Shown: positions 1-10,283, counted from the first letter of the stretch. The stretch: 64,000 bases of DNA from Candidatus Binatia bacterium (GCA_963664015.2 CAXXLF010000002.1:384001-448000); one strand, 5' to 3'. Numbers and translations: made by a program. Notes: generated by a model not told the origin, from the letters alone.

Positions 1-1
1 C

Positions 2-2401
2 CATGCGCACGGCGAAGCCGCCGGTTCCTTCCGGGCAAGGCTCGAGGGTACAGTCCCAATCGCTCTCTTTGACATCCACCGGGCGCACCACAATGCTGTG
101 ACGCTTGGCGTCTTCCACGATCGTGGCCGGTGTGTAAAAACCCATAGGCTGAGCGTTAAGCAGGGCGCAGGTGAACTCGGCCGGATAGTGGCACTTGAGC
201 CACGCCGTGGCGTAGGCAATCAAGGCGAAGCTCGCCGCATGGCTCTCGGGAAAGCCGTATTCCCCGAAGCCACGGATCTGGTCGAAGACGCGCTCAGCGA
301 ACTCGGGGGTGATCCCCTTGGCCTGCATGCGCGAGATGAGCCGTTCGCGATGGCGTTCCATACGGCCGGTGTGGTGCCAGGCCGCCATGTCACGCCTGAG
401 CTGGTCGGCCTCGCCCGGCGTGTAGTCGGCGGCGACCACCGCCAGACGCATCACCTGTTCCTGAAAGAGCGGCACGCCAAGGGTTTTTTCGAGGACAGGG
501 ATCAGGCTCGGGTGCGGATACTCCACGGGTTCCTCGCCGTTGCGCCGGCGCAAATAGGGATGCACCATGCCGCCGACAATCGGCCCGGGGCGCACGATGC
601 TGATCTCGATAACGATGTCGTAAAAGTTTCGCGGCTTCATGCGCGGCAGCATGGCCATCTGGGCCCGGCTCTCGATCTGAAAGGTCCCCAGCGTATCGGC
701 CCGGGTCATCATCTCGAAAGTCCCACGGTCTCCCGGCGGGATCGTGGCCATGGAAAGCTCCACCCCCCGGTGTCTCTCGAGAAGACGGAAGCAGCGGTCG
801 AGATGCGTGAGTCCCCCCAATCCCAGGAGGTCGATCTTGAAGAGCCCCAGGTTCTCCAGGTCTTCCTTGTCCCACTGGATAACCGTGCGCTCCGCCATGC
901 TCCCATTCTCGATGGGAACGATGTCGTGCACGGGTTCATGACCGAGGAGGAACCCGCCGGGGTGGATCGAGAGGTGGCGCGGAAATTCCAGGATCTCGTT
1001 GGCAAGCTGCATGAGATGCCCATGCACGGGAAGCTCCGGGTCGAGCCCCGCCTGCCTGAGCGCCCCCGGAGTCACCTCTTCGAAGTGCGCAAGGAGCTTG
1101 GCCAGGCGATCCATAGCGGTCTCCGGAAGTCCCAGGGCCTTGCCCACATCACGCACGGCGGAGCGAGTCCGGTAACGGATCACGTTGGCCACCATCGCTG
1201 CGCGGTCGCGCCCGTACTTTTCGTAGATATGCTGGATGGCCTCCTCGCGCCGGTCGTGCTGGATATCGAGATCGATATCCGGGGGCTCGGCGCGTTCCTG
1301 AGAGATGAAGCGCTCGAACAAGAGCCCCATCCTCACCGGATCGATAGCCGTGATGCCGAGACAATAACAGACGGCCGAGTTGGCCGCTGAACCCCGTCCC
1401 TGGCAGAGGATATCGTGCTCACGGCAGAACCTGACCAGCTCCCACATGGTGAGAAAGTAGCCCGGGTAGTCCAGGGCCTCGATCAGTGCAAGCTCTTTTT
1501 CCAGCTGGCTCACGACCTCCGGTGGCACCTCCCCGCCATAGCGACCTCGCGCACCTTCATAGGTGAGACAGCGGAGCCACTGGGAAGAGGTCCTCCCGTC
1601 GGGCATACGCTCCGAGGGGTAGCGATAGTGGATCTCGGCGAGGGAGAACGTGCAGCGCTCGGCGATCTCTTCGGTCCGAACCACCGTCAGCGGGTCGTCC
1701 GCATAGAGCGTCCGGAAGGCAACGGAAGACAACAGGGCATGCCCGGCGTTGGGCTTGAGCCTCCGTCCCGCGGAGGATACGGGAGTCAGGTGGCGGATGG
1801 CGGTGAGGATGTCCTGGAGCGGGCGGCGGGCAGGCGTGTGGTAGAGCACTTCCGTTGCCGCAACCAGCGATAGGCCATAGTGCGCCGCGCGCTGGCGCAG
1901 ACGCGCTTCTCCCCGTACCTCTCCATCCCGGCGATGCCGTGCAACCATAGCGTAGAGCCTGTTATCAAACACATCACGCAAATGACCCACGACTTCTCCG
2001 GGATCCTCCTCACCCACGAGCAAACTCCGCTCACCGCCCAAGAGGGCAACGAGCCCGGCCCCGTGCCGGCAGACCTCGTCCCATGTCACACGGCTCCCCC
2101 CCTTGGGAGAGCGCAGGCGCCCGACAGTAATGAGACGGCAGAGATTGGCGTACCCACTCCTGCTCTCGACCAGGAGGACGATCGCCGATCCATCGTCCAC
2201 GGTGATCTGTGACCCCACGATCAAAGGAAGCCCCAACTCCCGGGCCTTCACATGGGCACGCACAATGCCGTAGACACCATCGCGGTCGGTGAGGGCCAGG
2301 GCGGGAAGGCCGAGACGATGGGCCTGTTCCACCAGCTCATCGGGATGGCTCGCCCCTTCGAGAAAGGAAAAGTTGCTCTTGCACCAGAGGGGAACGTACA
2401 T
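2..2401 (-). CDS. dnaE2: Error-prone DNA polymerase DnaE2 (ImuC), runs off the window's left edge
   Basis: Not in the ORF track. Manual minus-strand translation from ATG 2401 gives [22 protein letters not shown] (PHP domain), then [46 protein letters not shown]. Lies downstream of imuA-imuB. Confidence 0.95.
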   Translation of the reverse strand, partial: MYVPLWCKSNFSFLEGASHPDELVEQAHRLGLPALALTDRDGVYGIVRAHVKARELGLPLIVGSQITVDDGSAIVLLVESRSGYANLCRLITVGRLRSPKGGSRVTWDEVCRHGAGLVALLGGERSLLVGEEDPGEVVGHLRDVFDNRLYAMVARHRRDGEVRGEARLRQRAAHYGLSLVAATEVLYHTPARRPLQDILTAIRHLTPVSSAGRRLKPNAGHALLSSVAFRTLYADDPLTVVRTEEIAERCTFSLAEIHYRYPSERMPDGRTSSQWLRCLTYEGARGRYGGEVPPEVVSQLEKELALIEALDYPGYFLTMWELVRFCREHDILCQGRGSAANSAVCYCLGITAIDPVRMGLLFERFISQERAEPPDIDLDIQHDRREEAIQHIYEKYGRDRAAMVANVIRYRTRSAVRDVGKALGLPETAMDRLAKLLAHFEEVTPGALRQAGLDPELPVHGHLMQLANEILEFPRHLSIHPGGFLLGHEPVHDIVPIENGSMAERTVIQWDKEDLENLGLFKIDLLGLGGLTHLDRCFRLLERHRGVELSMATIPPGDRGTFEMMTRADTLGTFQIESRAQMAMLPRMKPRNFYDIVIEISIVRPGPIVGGMVHPYLRRRNGEEPVEYPHPSLIPVLEKTLGVPLFQEQVMRLAVVAADYTPGEADQLRRDMAAWHHTGRMERHRERLISRMQAKGITPEFAERVFDQIRGFGEYGFPESHAASFALIAYATAWLKCHYPAEFTCALLNAQPMGFYTPATIVEDAKRHSIVVRPVDVKESDWDCTLEPCPEGTGGFAVRM

Positions 2402-2404
2402 ACA

Positions 2405-2625
2405 GCGATCGGAGGTCAGAAGTCAGATATCAGCGATTCTGAGTTCATTGAGTTTGTTGAGTTCGGTCGGGTTGGTAACCAATTGACTGTTGACGATTAA
2501 CCATTTGCCATTCTCTATCTTCTATCTTCCATCCTCCGACCTTGGTGTCCTTTGCGTCTTTGCGCGAGATATTCTTTATCCGAACCGACCTCTGACTTTC
2601 GACTTCTATTCACTATTCGCTATTC
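2405..2625. repeat. Intergenic mosaic of 7-mer/9-mer short tandem repeats
   Basis: Runs such as GGTCAGA/AGTCAGA, GAGTTCATT/GAGTTTGTT, TCTATCT, CTTGGTGTC/CTTTGCGTC and TATTCAC/TATTCGC; modules shared with 12781-13105 and 21270-21440. Confidence 0.75.
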
Positions 2626-4110
2626 TCATTCTACCGCCCCTTGCAGGAACCAGCGGCGGCGCTGCCGGTCGTGATAGACCCACAGGAGATTGCCGCGCCG
2701 GGTCTCGGCAAAGTAGTACTCTCGATGCACCTCCCGAACCCACCAACCGCCGGAGAAGACGTACGGCCCGATGAGTCTCTCTACCGCCCCGTATCTCGCC
2801 CCCAGGAGAAGCCACCCGTCCTCCCGCGTCCAGTGAGGTTGGGAAGGCAAGGGAATCGGCTTTACAAAGATCCGGCGCAGCAGGGTCTCGGCCCCCCGTC
2901 CCGGTTCGGGGAGCTTGACGTGCTCGAAGGGCTCCCAGCTGAACTGTGCCTCGGGTAGATGTCCATAGGTCAACTTCGCCCGCACCACCGCCTGCTCACC
3001 GAACTCGGCGCGCAGGCGAGCCAACGCCCGATTGGCGGCGTCGAGGTCGCGCGTGGGCCGTTCGGTGAAAAGCCGAAGTTGTTCCCGTGTAGCCGCACCG
3101 GCCACGACTGTAACCTCGACCTCCACCACTCCGGCGGCGAGTTTCAGTGTCTCCAGGCGCAAGCGGACCAGATCGAGCAGCTGGACCGGATCCAAGGTGG
3201 GCACGGCGGGGCGGATGTGATGTTGGTGCGAGCCGTCTCGATCAACGAGCAAGTCGAGTTCGAGTTCCGCCACCGCCTCGCTTCGAGTGGCAAGGGTCGT
3301 AAGCATAGGATGGAGGAGCTGTTTGATAAGGAAGATGAGACGGGTGGTGTCTGTCTCCGGATCGTCGAGCAGGAGTCTCTGCCGAACCGGTTCCTTGGGC
3401 ACAAAAGGCTTGAGTGGCGCCCACAGATCGCCGGCGGCCATCCGGTAAAGGCGGTGGGCCTTTGGCCCGAAACGCTCGTGCAGTCCTCCCACCGGTAGAG
3501 AAAGCAAGGCCCCGACGGTCCTTATCTTCAGCTTGAAAAGCGTATCGCGGAAGTCCGGATCGAGATCGAGAAGCCCCAGGGGTATCTCTTGTGCCGCCCG
3601 ACGCTCCGCAGAAGGGTCGGCGAAAACCACAGTCCCTTCTTTCACTTTGGCCACCGCGTAGGTCCCGAAGCGGGTAAATCCGACGGCCACCCTTGCATGG
3701 AAGCCTCGACCCTGGAGATCCCTATGGAGGACACGGCCCCACTCTTCGAACGAAGGATAGAGCAAACCGAGACCGAGCCCATTGAGCCAGAAGACCCCGG
3801 GCTCTTCGCCGGAAGGCTCGACCTCGGGAGTAAAGCGCATCAGACGATGGGTCAGCTCGGTTGTTTCTTTTTCGATCTCAGCCAATGGAACTACGCCGGC
3901 ATGCAGGCCGGGCTCCAGAGAAGCACCGGTGGCATAGTGCAACCCGGGCAGGACTCCCGCTCGGCGCGCCTTTTGGTTGACCCATAGGATCACCGCCTGC
4001 GGTTTATCCTCGGCTACTACGGCCACCGGACGGTCCGTCCACTCGGGATGGCGCCTGAGCAGGAGCTGGAGCGGAAACACTGGAAGATTAGCGCAGGCCA
4101 GCCGGTCCAC
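2626..4110 (-). CDS. imuB: ImuB, Y-family DNA polymerase-like protein
   Basis: DRLAC..LP.FPLQLL start, RFTPEVE, C-terminal GPYVFSGGWW...REYYFAET...WFLQG. Probable GTG start at 4110 (ORF track extends to 4164). Confidence 0.88.
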   Translation of the reverse strand: MDRLACANLPVFPLQLLLRRHPEWTDRPVAVVAEDKPQAVILWVNQKARRAGVLPGLHYATGASLEPGLHAGVVPLAEIEKETTELTHRLMRFTPEVEPSGEEPGVFWLNGLGLGLLYPSFEEWGRVLHRDLQGRGFHARVAVGFTRFGTYAVAKVKEGTVVFADPSAERRAAQEIPLGLLDLDPDFRDTLFKLKIRTVGALLSLPVGGLHERFGPKAHRLYRMAAGDLWAPLKPFVPKEPVRQRLLLDDPETDTTRLIFLIKQLLHPMLTTLATRSEAVAELELDLLVDRDGSHQHHIRPAVPTLDPVQLLDLVRLRLETLKLAAGVVEVEVTVVAGAATREQLRLFTERPTRDLDAANRALARLRAEFGEQAVVRAKLTYGHLPEAQFSWEPFEHVKLPEPGRGAETLLRRIFVKPIPLPSQPHWTREDGWLLLGARYGAVERLIGPYVFSGGWWVREVHREYYFAETRRGNLLWVYHDRQRRRWFLQGAVE

Positions 4111-4696
4111 GACATATCTCCCGTTGAGTCCAGGTAGGACCCCGACGCTTATCTTTGAGAACATTCAGCTCACATGCGAACCGACCCTCCGAGACCTTTT
4201 TCCGCTGGGCATGAACCCTGAGCGAGATGAGTGATCCCAGGGACGGCTCCCCGCTCGGTTTCTCCGTAAGACAAACCAGAGCGGCGTGGTGTCGATTGGT
4301 AAGGCCGGCCAAACGCGACTGTAGCGGCATCGGGATCTTTACCGCGCCGATATCAAGCACGACCAGAGCAAAGGCACCCGAGCGCAGGAGCTTTTCACCA
4401 ACCCGAGAAACAGTGTGAAGGTCAGGGACACGAACAACCACCAGCGAGCCAAGATCCACGCCTCGCTCGGCAGCGTCGGGTGGATAAAAGGAACTCCCAC
4501 TCCCAGTACCCCAGCCCACCAGCTCACCCCGCTGCTGCGCCTCGAGCACCAAGCCGAAGGCGAGGGTGAGTGAAGCGGTTGCTCCCGATCCCGAGATCTC
4601 CACCAGACGCCCGGTGATCTCCGGAAGAGTCCAGTGGCTCCGTTGAGCGGACTCAACAACGGATTGTTTGAGACTTGTCGTCTGAAAAGAGTTCAC
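4088..4696 (-). CDS. imuA: ImuA, RecA-like protein
   Basis: GRLVEISG with a degenerate Walker A, FYPPDAAERGVDL, LLRSGAFALVVLD; first gene of the cassette. Confidence 0.85.
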   Translation of the reverse strand: MNSFQTTSLKQSVVESAQRSHWTLPEITGRLVEISGSGATASLTLAFGLVLEAQQRGELVGWGTGSGSSFYPPDAAERGVDLGSLVVVRVPDLHTVSRVGEKLLRSGAFALVVLDIGAVKIPMPLQSRLAGLTNRHHAALVCLTEKPSGEPSLGSLISLRVHAQRKKVSEGRFACELNVLKDKRRGPTWTQREICRGPAGLR

Positions 4697-4757
4697 GATT
4701 GTCCCCCTACCCCCCTTGGGAAAAAGCTTAAAAGAGCCCCCTCAATATGGGGTGGAC

Positions 4758-4786
4758 AGATTAGGCGAATAAAAAACGAAAGTCAA
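4758..4786 (-). promoter_or_regulatory. Sigma70-like promoter of imuA with a direct-repeat operator candidate in the spacer
   Basis: Minus strand TTGACT-17 nt-TAATCT; the spacer reads TTCG-TTTTTTA-TTCG. Confidence 0.55.
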
Positions 4787-4943
4787 TTCAAAAAGGCACT
4801 GGGCAGAGAAAACTATCGGAAAAAGATAGGGTTTTTATGTTGCTATGGAGCAGTCGCCAGGATATATTACCCTATAAGTACTCAATGTCCCGAAGGCCCC
4901 CCCCCGGGGGACCCCGAACAATCCATCCAGAAATGGCTAGCCA

Positions 4944-5348
4944 ATGAAGGAAAAAGTTCAAAAGACGGAAGAGGATTGGGAAAAAGACCTCACCCCGGAG
5001 CAGTTCGCGGTCTGCCGTAAAAAGGGAACCGAGCGACCCTTTAGCGGGAAATATCACGACTGCAAAGACAAGGGCCTCTACCAGTGCGTGTGCTGCGGAA
5101 ACGACCTGTTCAGCTCGGAAACCAAGTTCGACTCCGGCACCGGGTGGCCAAGCTTCTGGGCCCCCATGGACCCCGAGTGCGTAGCCGAAGAATCCGATAA
5201 CAGCCACTTAATGCAAAGGGTGGAGGCCCTCTGCAATAGCTGTGGCGCCCACCTCGGGCACGTCTTTGACGATGCTCCCCAACCGACCAACAAACGCTAC
5301 TGCATCAACTCGGTTTCCCTCAAGCTCGCTAAGGATATGAAGTCATAG
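4944..5348 (+). CDS. msrB: Peptide-methionine (R)-S-oxide reductase
   Basis: GTERPF, CVCC, KFDSGTGWPSF, HLGHVF, RYCINS motifs. Confidence 0.96.
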   Translation: MKEKVQKTEEDWEKDLTPEQFAVCRKKGTERPFSGKYHDCKDKGLYQCVCCGNDLFSSETKFDSGTGWPSFWAPMDPECVAEESDNSHLMQRVEALCNSCGAHLGHVFDDAPQPTNKRYCINSVSLKLAKDMKS

Positions 5349-5415
5349 GTGCCCATCTTCTTCCATCACGGGCCTACAGGCCTGCCTCTACAACTCTACC
5401 GTCGGGAGATCTGTT

Positions 5416-6156
5416 ATGATTGTCGAACGATTGCCCGAAAAATTTGAAAAGAGACTTGCAGCATTCGTCACCACCGCACGGGACCTACTGGGATCAGACC
5501 TGAAGAGCATCACTCTTTACGGCAGCGCGGCACGGGGTGAGTTCGACACCAAACGATCTGACCTGAACATCCTCCTGGTCTTGAACGAGGTCCAGTACCG
5601 TCACCTGGCGACCCTGGCTCCTTATATAAGGAAGTGGTCCCGTCAGCGCATCGCGACACCGCTGGTTGTGAACCCTCAGTATATTGCCAGCGCCCTGGAT
5701 GTCTATCCACTGGAGTTTCTCGACATGCAATCGGCCCGCAGGGTGCTCTTCGGCGACGACGTGCTGGCCGATATTGATCCTCCTGACCAATCCGTAAGGC
5801 GCCAATGCGAACAGGAGGCCAGGGGAAAGCTTCTCCACCTGCGTGAAATCGTGATGGAAACTGCTCTGAAGCCTCGACACCTCAAGCAAGCCATTATTAT
5901 TTCTGTACCCTCATTTATAAAGATCGGCCGGCATGTCCTGAGACTCCAGGAACATCGGCCTATCGTTCATAGCCAGGATGTGATCACGGAGCTGCGCAAG
6001 GTATCGGAGCTCTCGCTGGATGGCCTGGAGGCCGCCTGGCAGATCAAGACGGGGGAGCAGAGCCCTTCCCGTCACGAACTCCCATCCCTCTTTGAGACCT
6101 ATCTAAACGACGTCATGGCCATCACCCGTTATGTAAATACGATGAAGGTCGGCTAG
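5416..6156 (+). CDS. Nucleotidyltransferase-domain protein
   Basis: LYGSAARGEF...SDLNILLV Pol-beta-like signature; DVYPLEFLDM. Confidence 0.8.
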   Translation: MIVERLPEKFEKRLAAFVTTARDLLGSDLKSITLYGSAARGEFDTKRSDLNILLVLNEVQYRHLATLAPYIRKWSRQRIATPLVVNPQYIASALDVYPLEFLDMQSARRVLFGDDVLADIDPPDQSVRRQCEQEARGKLLHLREIVMETALKPRHLKQAIIISVPSFIKIGRHVLRLQEHRPIVHSQDVITELRKVSELSLDGLEAAWQIKTGEQSPSRHELPSLFETYLNDVMAITRYVNTMKVG

Positions 6157-6174
6157 CGTCGGATAACGAAGCTA

Positions 6175-6996
6175 TTGTTGATCTTCTTTGAGAACATTGG
6201 CGTGATGACTGCTTCATTCCTTTTTGCTTCTTTCGTGTTTCGTCTGCGGGCAAGGACAGTGGCGGCTTTTATGGCGTTGCTGATTTGTCTCCCTTCGATG
6301 GCGATAGCGGCCCAGATAGACGTCGTCCCCTTCAAAAACTATGTCAACGATTACGCCGGCACGGTGAACGATTCAACCGAGGCGCAACTCAATACCCTAC
6401 TCAAACAACTGGAGTCCAAAACCGGAGCCCAGATCGCCGTCGTCGTAATTGACTCCACCGAAGGGGTACCACCGTCGGACTATGCGGTCGAATTCGGTCA
6501 AAAATGGGGAGTCGGTAAAAAGGAGAAAGACAACGGGGTCGTCTTTCTCGTGGCTGTAAAAGATCGCAAGGTATTCATTGCAACCGGGTATGGCGTCGAA
6601 CCCATCCTGCCCGACGGGAAAGTTGGCCGCATTCGGGACCAGGTCATCTTACCCCACTTCCGGAAAGGAAATATGGAGGCCGGCATCGTCAACGGCACGA
6701 TTTACCTGGCCCAGGAGATCGCCAAAGCCAACGGCACCTCTGTCCAGTCCCTGGCATCAGGAATCAGGAGCCCACCACCTTTACAGAAGCAGCGGCGAGG
6801 CTCGCTCTTCGGCGGCTTTCCCCTGCTCCTCCTGTTTCTGCTATTTTTTGCGCGTGGAAGGCTCGGCCTCTTGCCGCTCCTTTTTCTTGGAGGCTTCGGG
6901 AGGAGCGGCAGCTTCGGAGGAGGATTCGGTGGTGGTGGATTTGGAGGCGGCATGGGAGGCGGATTCGGCGGCGGTGGCGCAGGTGGTAGCTGGTAA
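6175..6996 (+). CDS. TPM-domain membrane protein with Gly-rich tail (start uncertain, possibly 6205 or 6271)
   Basis: YVNDYAG, GAQIAVV, WGVGKKEKDNGV, ATGYGVE, GGFGGGGAGGSW end. Confidence 0.9.
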   Translation: MLIFFENIGVMTASFLFASFVFRLRARTVAAFMALLICLPSMAIAAQIDVVPFKNYVNDYAGTVNDSTEAQLNTLLKQLESKTGAQIAVVVIDSTEGVPPSDYAVEFGQKWGVGKKEKDNGVVFLVAVKDRKVFIATGYGVEPILPDGKVGRIRDQVILPHFRKGNMEAGIVNGTIYLAQEIAKANGTSVQSLASGIRSPPPLQKQRRGSLFGGFPLLLLFLLFFARGRLGLLPLLFLGGFGRSGSFGGGFGGGGFGGGMGGGFGGGGAGGSW

Positions 6997-7023
6997 GAGT
7001 ATTATTGAGAGGGAAAAGCAAAA

Positions 7024-7599
7024 ATGAAAAAGGGACTCACTATCGTAGGAATCACCCTTGGACTGATCGTCATTCTGGCCATTGGGAGCTGCGGGTACGT
7101 CGTTTCGCTGCGTAACGGCTTAGTGACGAAGGAAGAGAGCATCAGGGGACAATGGGCACAGGTAGAGAACGTACTTCAGCGCCGTAGCGATCTCATTCCC
7201 AACCTAGTCAACACGGTGAAGGGTATTGCCGCCCAGGAAAAAGAGGTCTTCTTAGGCATCGCCGAATCCAGGGCAAAACTGGGAGGGGCCAAGACCATCG
7301 GCGACAAGATCAACGCAGCCAACGGCATGTCCTCGGCACTGGGACGTCTACTGGTGGTTGTCGAGCGCTATCCCGATCTGAAATCAAACCAGAATTTCCT
7401 GTCATTGCAGGACGAACTGGCCGGCACGGAAAACCGTATCGTTGTGGAACGGAAGCGTTATAACGACAGGGTGCGAGAATTCAATACGGGCATCCGCCGC
7501 TTTCCAGGCAATCTCGTTGCCTCCTCTATGGCTCTCAGCTCGTTTCCTTATTATGAGGTGCCTGCGGAGAAAAAAAAAGTGCCTCAGGTTAAGTTCTGA
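7024..7599 (+). CDS. lemA: LemA family protein
   Basis: QRRSDLIPNLVNTVKG, ERYPDLKSNQNF, LAGTENRI. Confidence 0.93.
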   Translation: MKKGLTIVGITLGLIVILAIGSCGYVVSLRNGLVTKEESIRGQWAQVENVLQRRSDLIPNLVNTVKGIAAQEKEVFLGIAESRAKLGGAKTIGDKINAANGMSSALGRLLVVVERYPDLKSNQNFLSLQDELAGTENRIVVERKRYNDRVREFNTGIRRFPGNLVASSMALSSFPYYEVPAEKKKVPQVKF

Positions 7600-7628
7600 T
7601 ACCTTTGAGATGAGAATTCCACAAGCCC

Positions 7629-8261
7629 TTGGTCGTTGAGCACGTGAACCCTCGCAAGGATCCAATCCTCGCAGCAATTCTTTCTGGTCTGATTCCAGGG
7701 TTGGGACAGATCTACTGCGGCAGATGGGGTAAAGGCGCCCTTTTCTTTTTCGGAATCGTGGTCCTAGGCGGAATTTTCCCTCTCCTCGCCATTGGGATAT
7801 GGGTCTGGGGCATCGTCGATGCATATGGCATTGCCAAAAACACGCAAGGCGGTGGTGTGGCGGGAGAAGGTCCCGTTATCGATATCAGTAGAGCCTCGTT
7901 TCCTCAAATCGACATACGTCAGGTTGCGACATACGTGGGCATCCCCCTGGGGATCGCGGTGCTGCTTGCAATCATGGGCTTCTTTGCTCTGAGCCGTTAT
8001 GGTTTTTTGGGCGTTGATCATTCGGGTAAGAAACTGGAGCCTCTCATTGCAAGGATCGAAGCTTATAAAGACAAGACAGGTGTCTACCCAGATACGCTTC
8101 TGGCAATGATCGATCCGACGGACCCCATGGAGAAAAGACAGATCCTCGACTCGTGGAGCCGTTTCTACCGCTACCGGCCCACCGGTAGCAGCTTTGAGCT
8201 TTCCAGTTCAGGGAAAGATGGGCAGCCGGACACCGATGACGACATCCGTTATTATCCATAA
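7629..8261 (+). CDS. Membrane protein with TM2-like N-terminus and GspG/pseudopilin-like C-terminal domain
   Basis: ILAAILSGLIPGLGQIYCG; C-terminal DSWSRFYRY...ELSSSGKDGQPDTDDDI resembles the GspG DPWG...SxGxDG...DDI pattern. Confidence 0.6.
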   Translation: MVVEHVNPRKDPILAAILSGLIPGLGQIYCGRWGKGALFFFGIVVLGGIFPLLAIGIWVWGIVDAYGIAKNTQGGGVAGEGPVIDISRASFPQIDIRQVATYVGIPLGIAVLLAIMGFFALSRYGFLGVDHSGKKLEPLIARIEAYKDKTGVYPDTLLAMIDPTDPMEKRQILDSWSRFYRYRPTGSSFELSSSGKDGQPDTDDDIRYYP

Positions 8262-8294
8262 GAACTTATTTTTGCAACGCTACCTCTAATTGCT

Positions 8295-8974
8295 ATGCTT
8301 TACCCGGGTTTGATACTACTGATCGCCATCCTCGGCTCGCTGATCCTGCTGCCGTTTTTCTTTACCCAGCTGATGATCACGGCCCTTGGCAAGCTAGAGT
8401 TGAGCCCCGAGATGGCCCTCCGTGTCCTCCTGGGGATTCTACTAGGGGAGCAATCAACATCCCGATCAAGCGCATCCCAAGGGAAAGTCAGTACGTCGTC
8501 AACTACGTCGACCTGTTCGGTCTTGGTCAGCTCTTCCCGCGTTTGCAAGTGGTACGCGGCTACACCACTCTGGCGGTTAATGTCGGCGGCTGCCTGATCC
8601 CTTGCGTTATCGCAGTGTCCCAATGCTTTCGGGTCTTTGACGAGAGGTTCGCCCCAACCCTGATCATGCTCATCATTACGATCGTCAACATAGGTCTGTC
8701 GTACCGGCTGGCGCGCCCCATTCCGGGGGTGGGTATCGGACTTCCTACACTTATCCACCGCTGGTCGCCGCGGTGCCGAGAATCATTCTGTTCCCCAACT
8801 TTGCCCCTCCAATCGCCTTCGTTGCCGGTGTACTGGGTCCACTCATCAGCGCCGACCTTTTCCATTTACGCGATGTTCGAAACCTTTCCACCGGTATGGG
8901 CAGCATTGGCGGGCTGGGACCTTAGATCGTATCGTCCTGTCCGGCCTGATGGCGGCCTTTCTGGCGTGAGTTAG
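8295..8974 (+). pseudogene. DUF1614-like membrane protein, frameshifted
   Basis: Family-like segments (INIPI, TTLAVNVGGCLIP, RPIPGVGI, GVLGPLISAD, SIGG) are spread over different frames. Confidence 0.65.
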
Positions 8975-8987
8975 AGGAGTCCTTATA

Positions 8988-10238
8988 ATGAGCCTTTTTG
9001 ATCTTGTAGCCATTCTGCTGACACTTGCAGCGTTACTGAGCTTTCTGAACGAGCGCTATCTGCACCTGCCCTCCACCATCGGGCTAATGCTGATCTCTCT
9101 TCTGCTCTCCCTCGGGCTTATTGTCACCGCCTTGCTTGGATGGGAAGTGGAATCCCAGGCCGAAGCAATCCTCACCAGGGTCAACTTCAGCGATCTCCTG
9201 CTCCACGGCATGTTGGCCTTTCTCCTGTTTGCAGGGGCATTGCACGTCAACCTGGACGACCTGCTCGAACAAAAGTGGATTATCAGCTCTCTGGCTACGG
9301 TCGGTGTGCTGACCTCGACCTTCCTGGTCGGTATCCTGACCTGGTTTTCTTTCGGCGCCCTCGGCCTGCACATCCCCCTTCTCTACTGTTTAGTCTTCGG
9401 TGCCCTCATTTCGCCCACGGATCCCATTGCGGTCCTGGGCATCCTCAAGAGCAGCAATGCCCCCAAGAGTCTCGAAACCAAAATCACCGGTGAGTCGCTT
9501 TTCAACGACGGTGTCGGAGTTGTCCTGTTCCTCGTTCTCTTGGGTATCGTGAAAAGTGGGCATGCCCAAAAACCCATTGATATCGTGCTGTTTTTCCTGC
9601 AGGAGGCCGTGGGTGGAGCATTGTTCGGCCTTGCCGCGGGATTCCTGGTCTATTGGATGCTTAAACGCGTCAATCACTATCCGGTGGAGATCCTGCTGAC
9701 ACTGGCGCTGGTCACCGGTGGTTATGCCCTCGCCGAGAAGCTCCACATCTCGGCACCCATTGCGATGGTCGTGGCGGGACTCTTGATCGGGAACCACGGG
9801 CGGGCCCTGGCCATGTCCGAAAAAACGTGCGAACACCTGGATTCATTCTGGGAGCTGCTGGATGAAGTCCTGAACGCGGTACTGTTTGTGCTGATTGGTT
9901 TGGAAATCCTGGTGCTTTCTTTTCAGATCACCTATCTCGTTGCGGGCCTGGCCTCGATCCCTATCGTGCTCGTTTGCCGATGGATTAGCGTCGGTATCCC
10001 CGTTGCCGTGCTTAGCTTGCGACGCCAGTTCTCGAAAAATGTGGTGACAATTATGACCTGGAGCGGCCTGCGCGGCGGGATCTCCGTTGCTTTGGCTCTT
10101 TCGCTGCCCCCTGGGCCTGAGCGGGAGGTTATTCTGGTGGCCACGTACACCGTCGTGGTCTTCTCTATCCTGGTACAGGGCCTGACAATAGGGCGTCTCT
10201 TCCCAGAAACCGAAGCGATTAAACCTGTTACGCATTAG
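8988..10238 (+). CDS. nhaP: CPA1/NhaP-type Na+/H+ antiporter
   Basis: ALISPTDPIAV, GESLFNDGVG, WSGLRGGIS; many TM helices. Confidence 0.92.
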   Translation: MSLFDLVAILLTLAALLSFLNERYLHLPSTIGLMLISLLLSLGLIVTALLGWEVESQAEAILTRVNFSDLLLHGMLAFLLFAGALHVNLDDLLEQKWIISSLATVGVLTSTFLVGILTWFSFGALGLHIPLLYCLVFGALISPTDPIAVLGILKSSNAPKSLETKITGESLFNDGVGVVLFLVLLGIVKSGHAQKPIDIVLFFLQEAVGGALFGLAAGFLVYWMLKRVNHYPVEILLTLALVTGGYALAEKLHISAPIAMVVAGLLIGNHGRALAMSEKTCEHLDSFWELLDEVLNAVLFVLIGLEILVLSFQITYLVAGLASIPIVLVCRWISVGIPVAVLSLRRQFSKNVVTIMTWSGLRGGISVALALSLPPGPEREVILVATYTVVVFSILVQGLTIGRLFPETEAIKPVTH

Positions 10239-10283
10239 GCCAACCGGCCCGGGAGGGCATTGGATCTTCGGGTAGGCGCAAAA

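Noticed and set aside
98-2212. Long plus-strand ORFs (430, 152 and 110 aa)
   Set aside because: Antisense shadows of dnaE2 with no family motifs. The same applies to most overlapping ORFs in the track.
4944-5348. MsrB as a selenoprotein
   Set aside because: The catalytic RYCINS residue is encoded by TGC.
6890-6996. GGC/GGA/GGT-rich repeat
   Set aside because: Normal Gly-rich tail of TPM-domain proteins.
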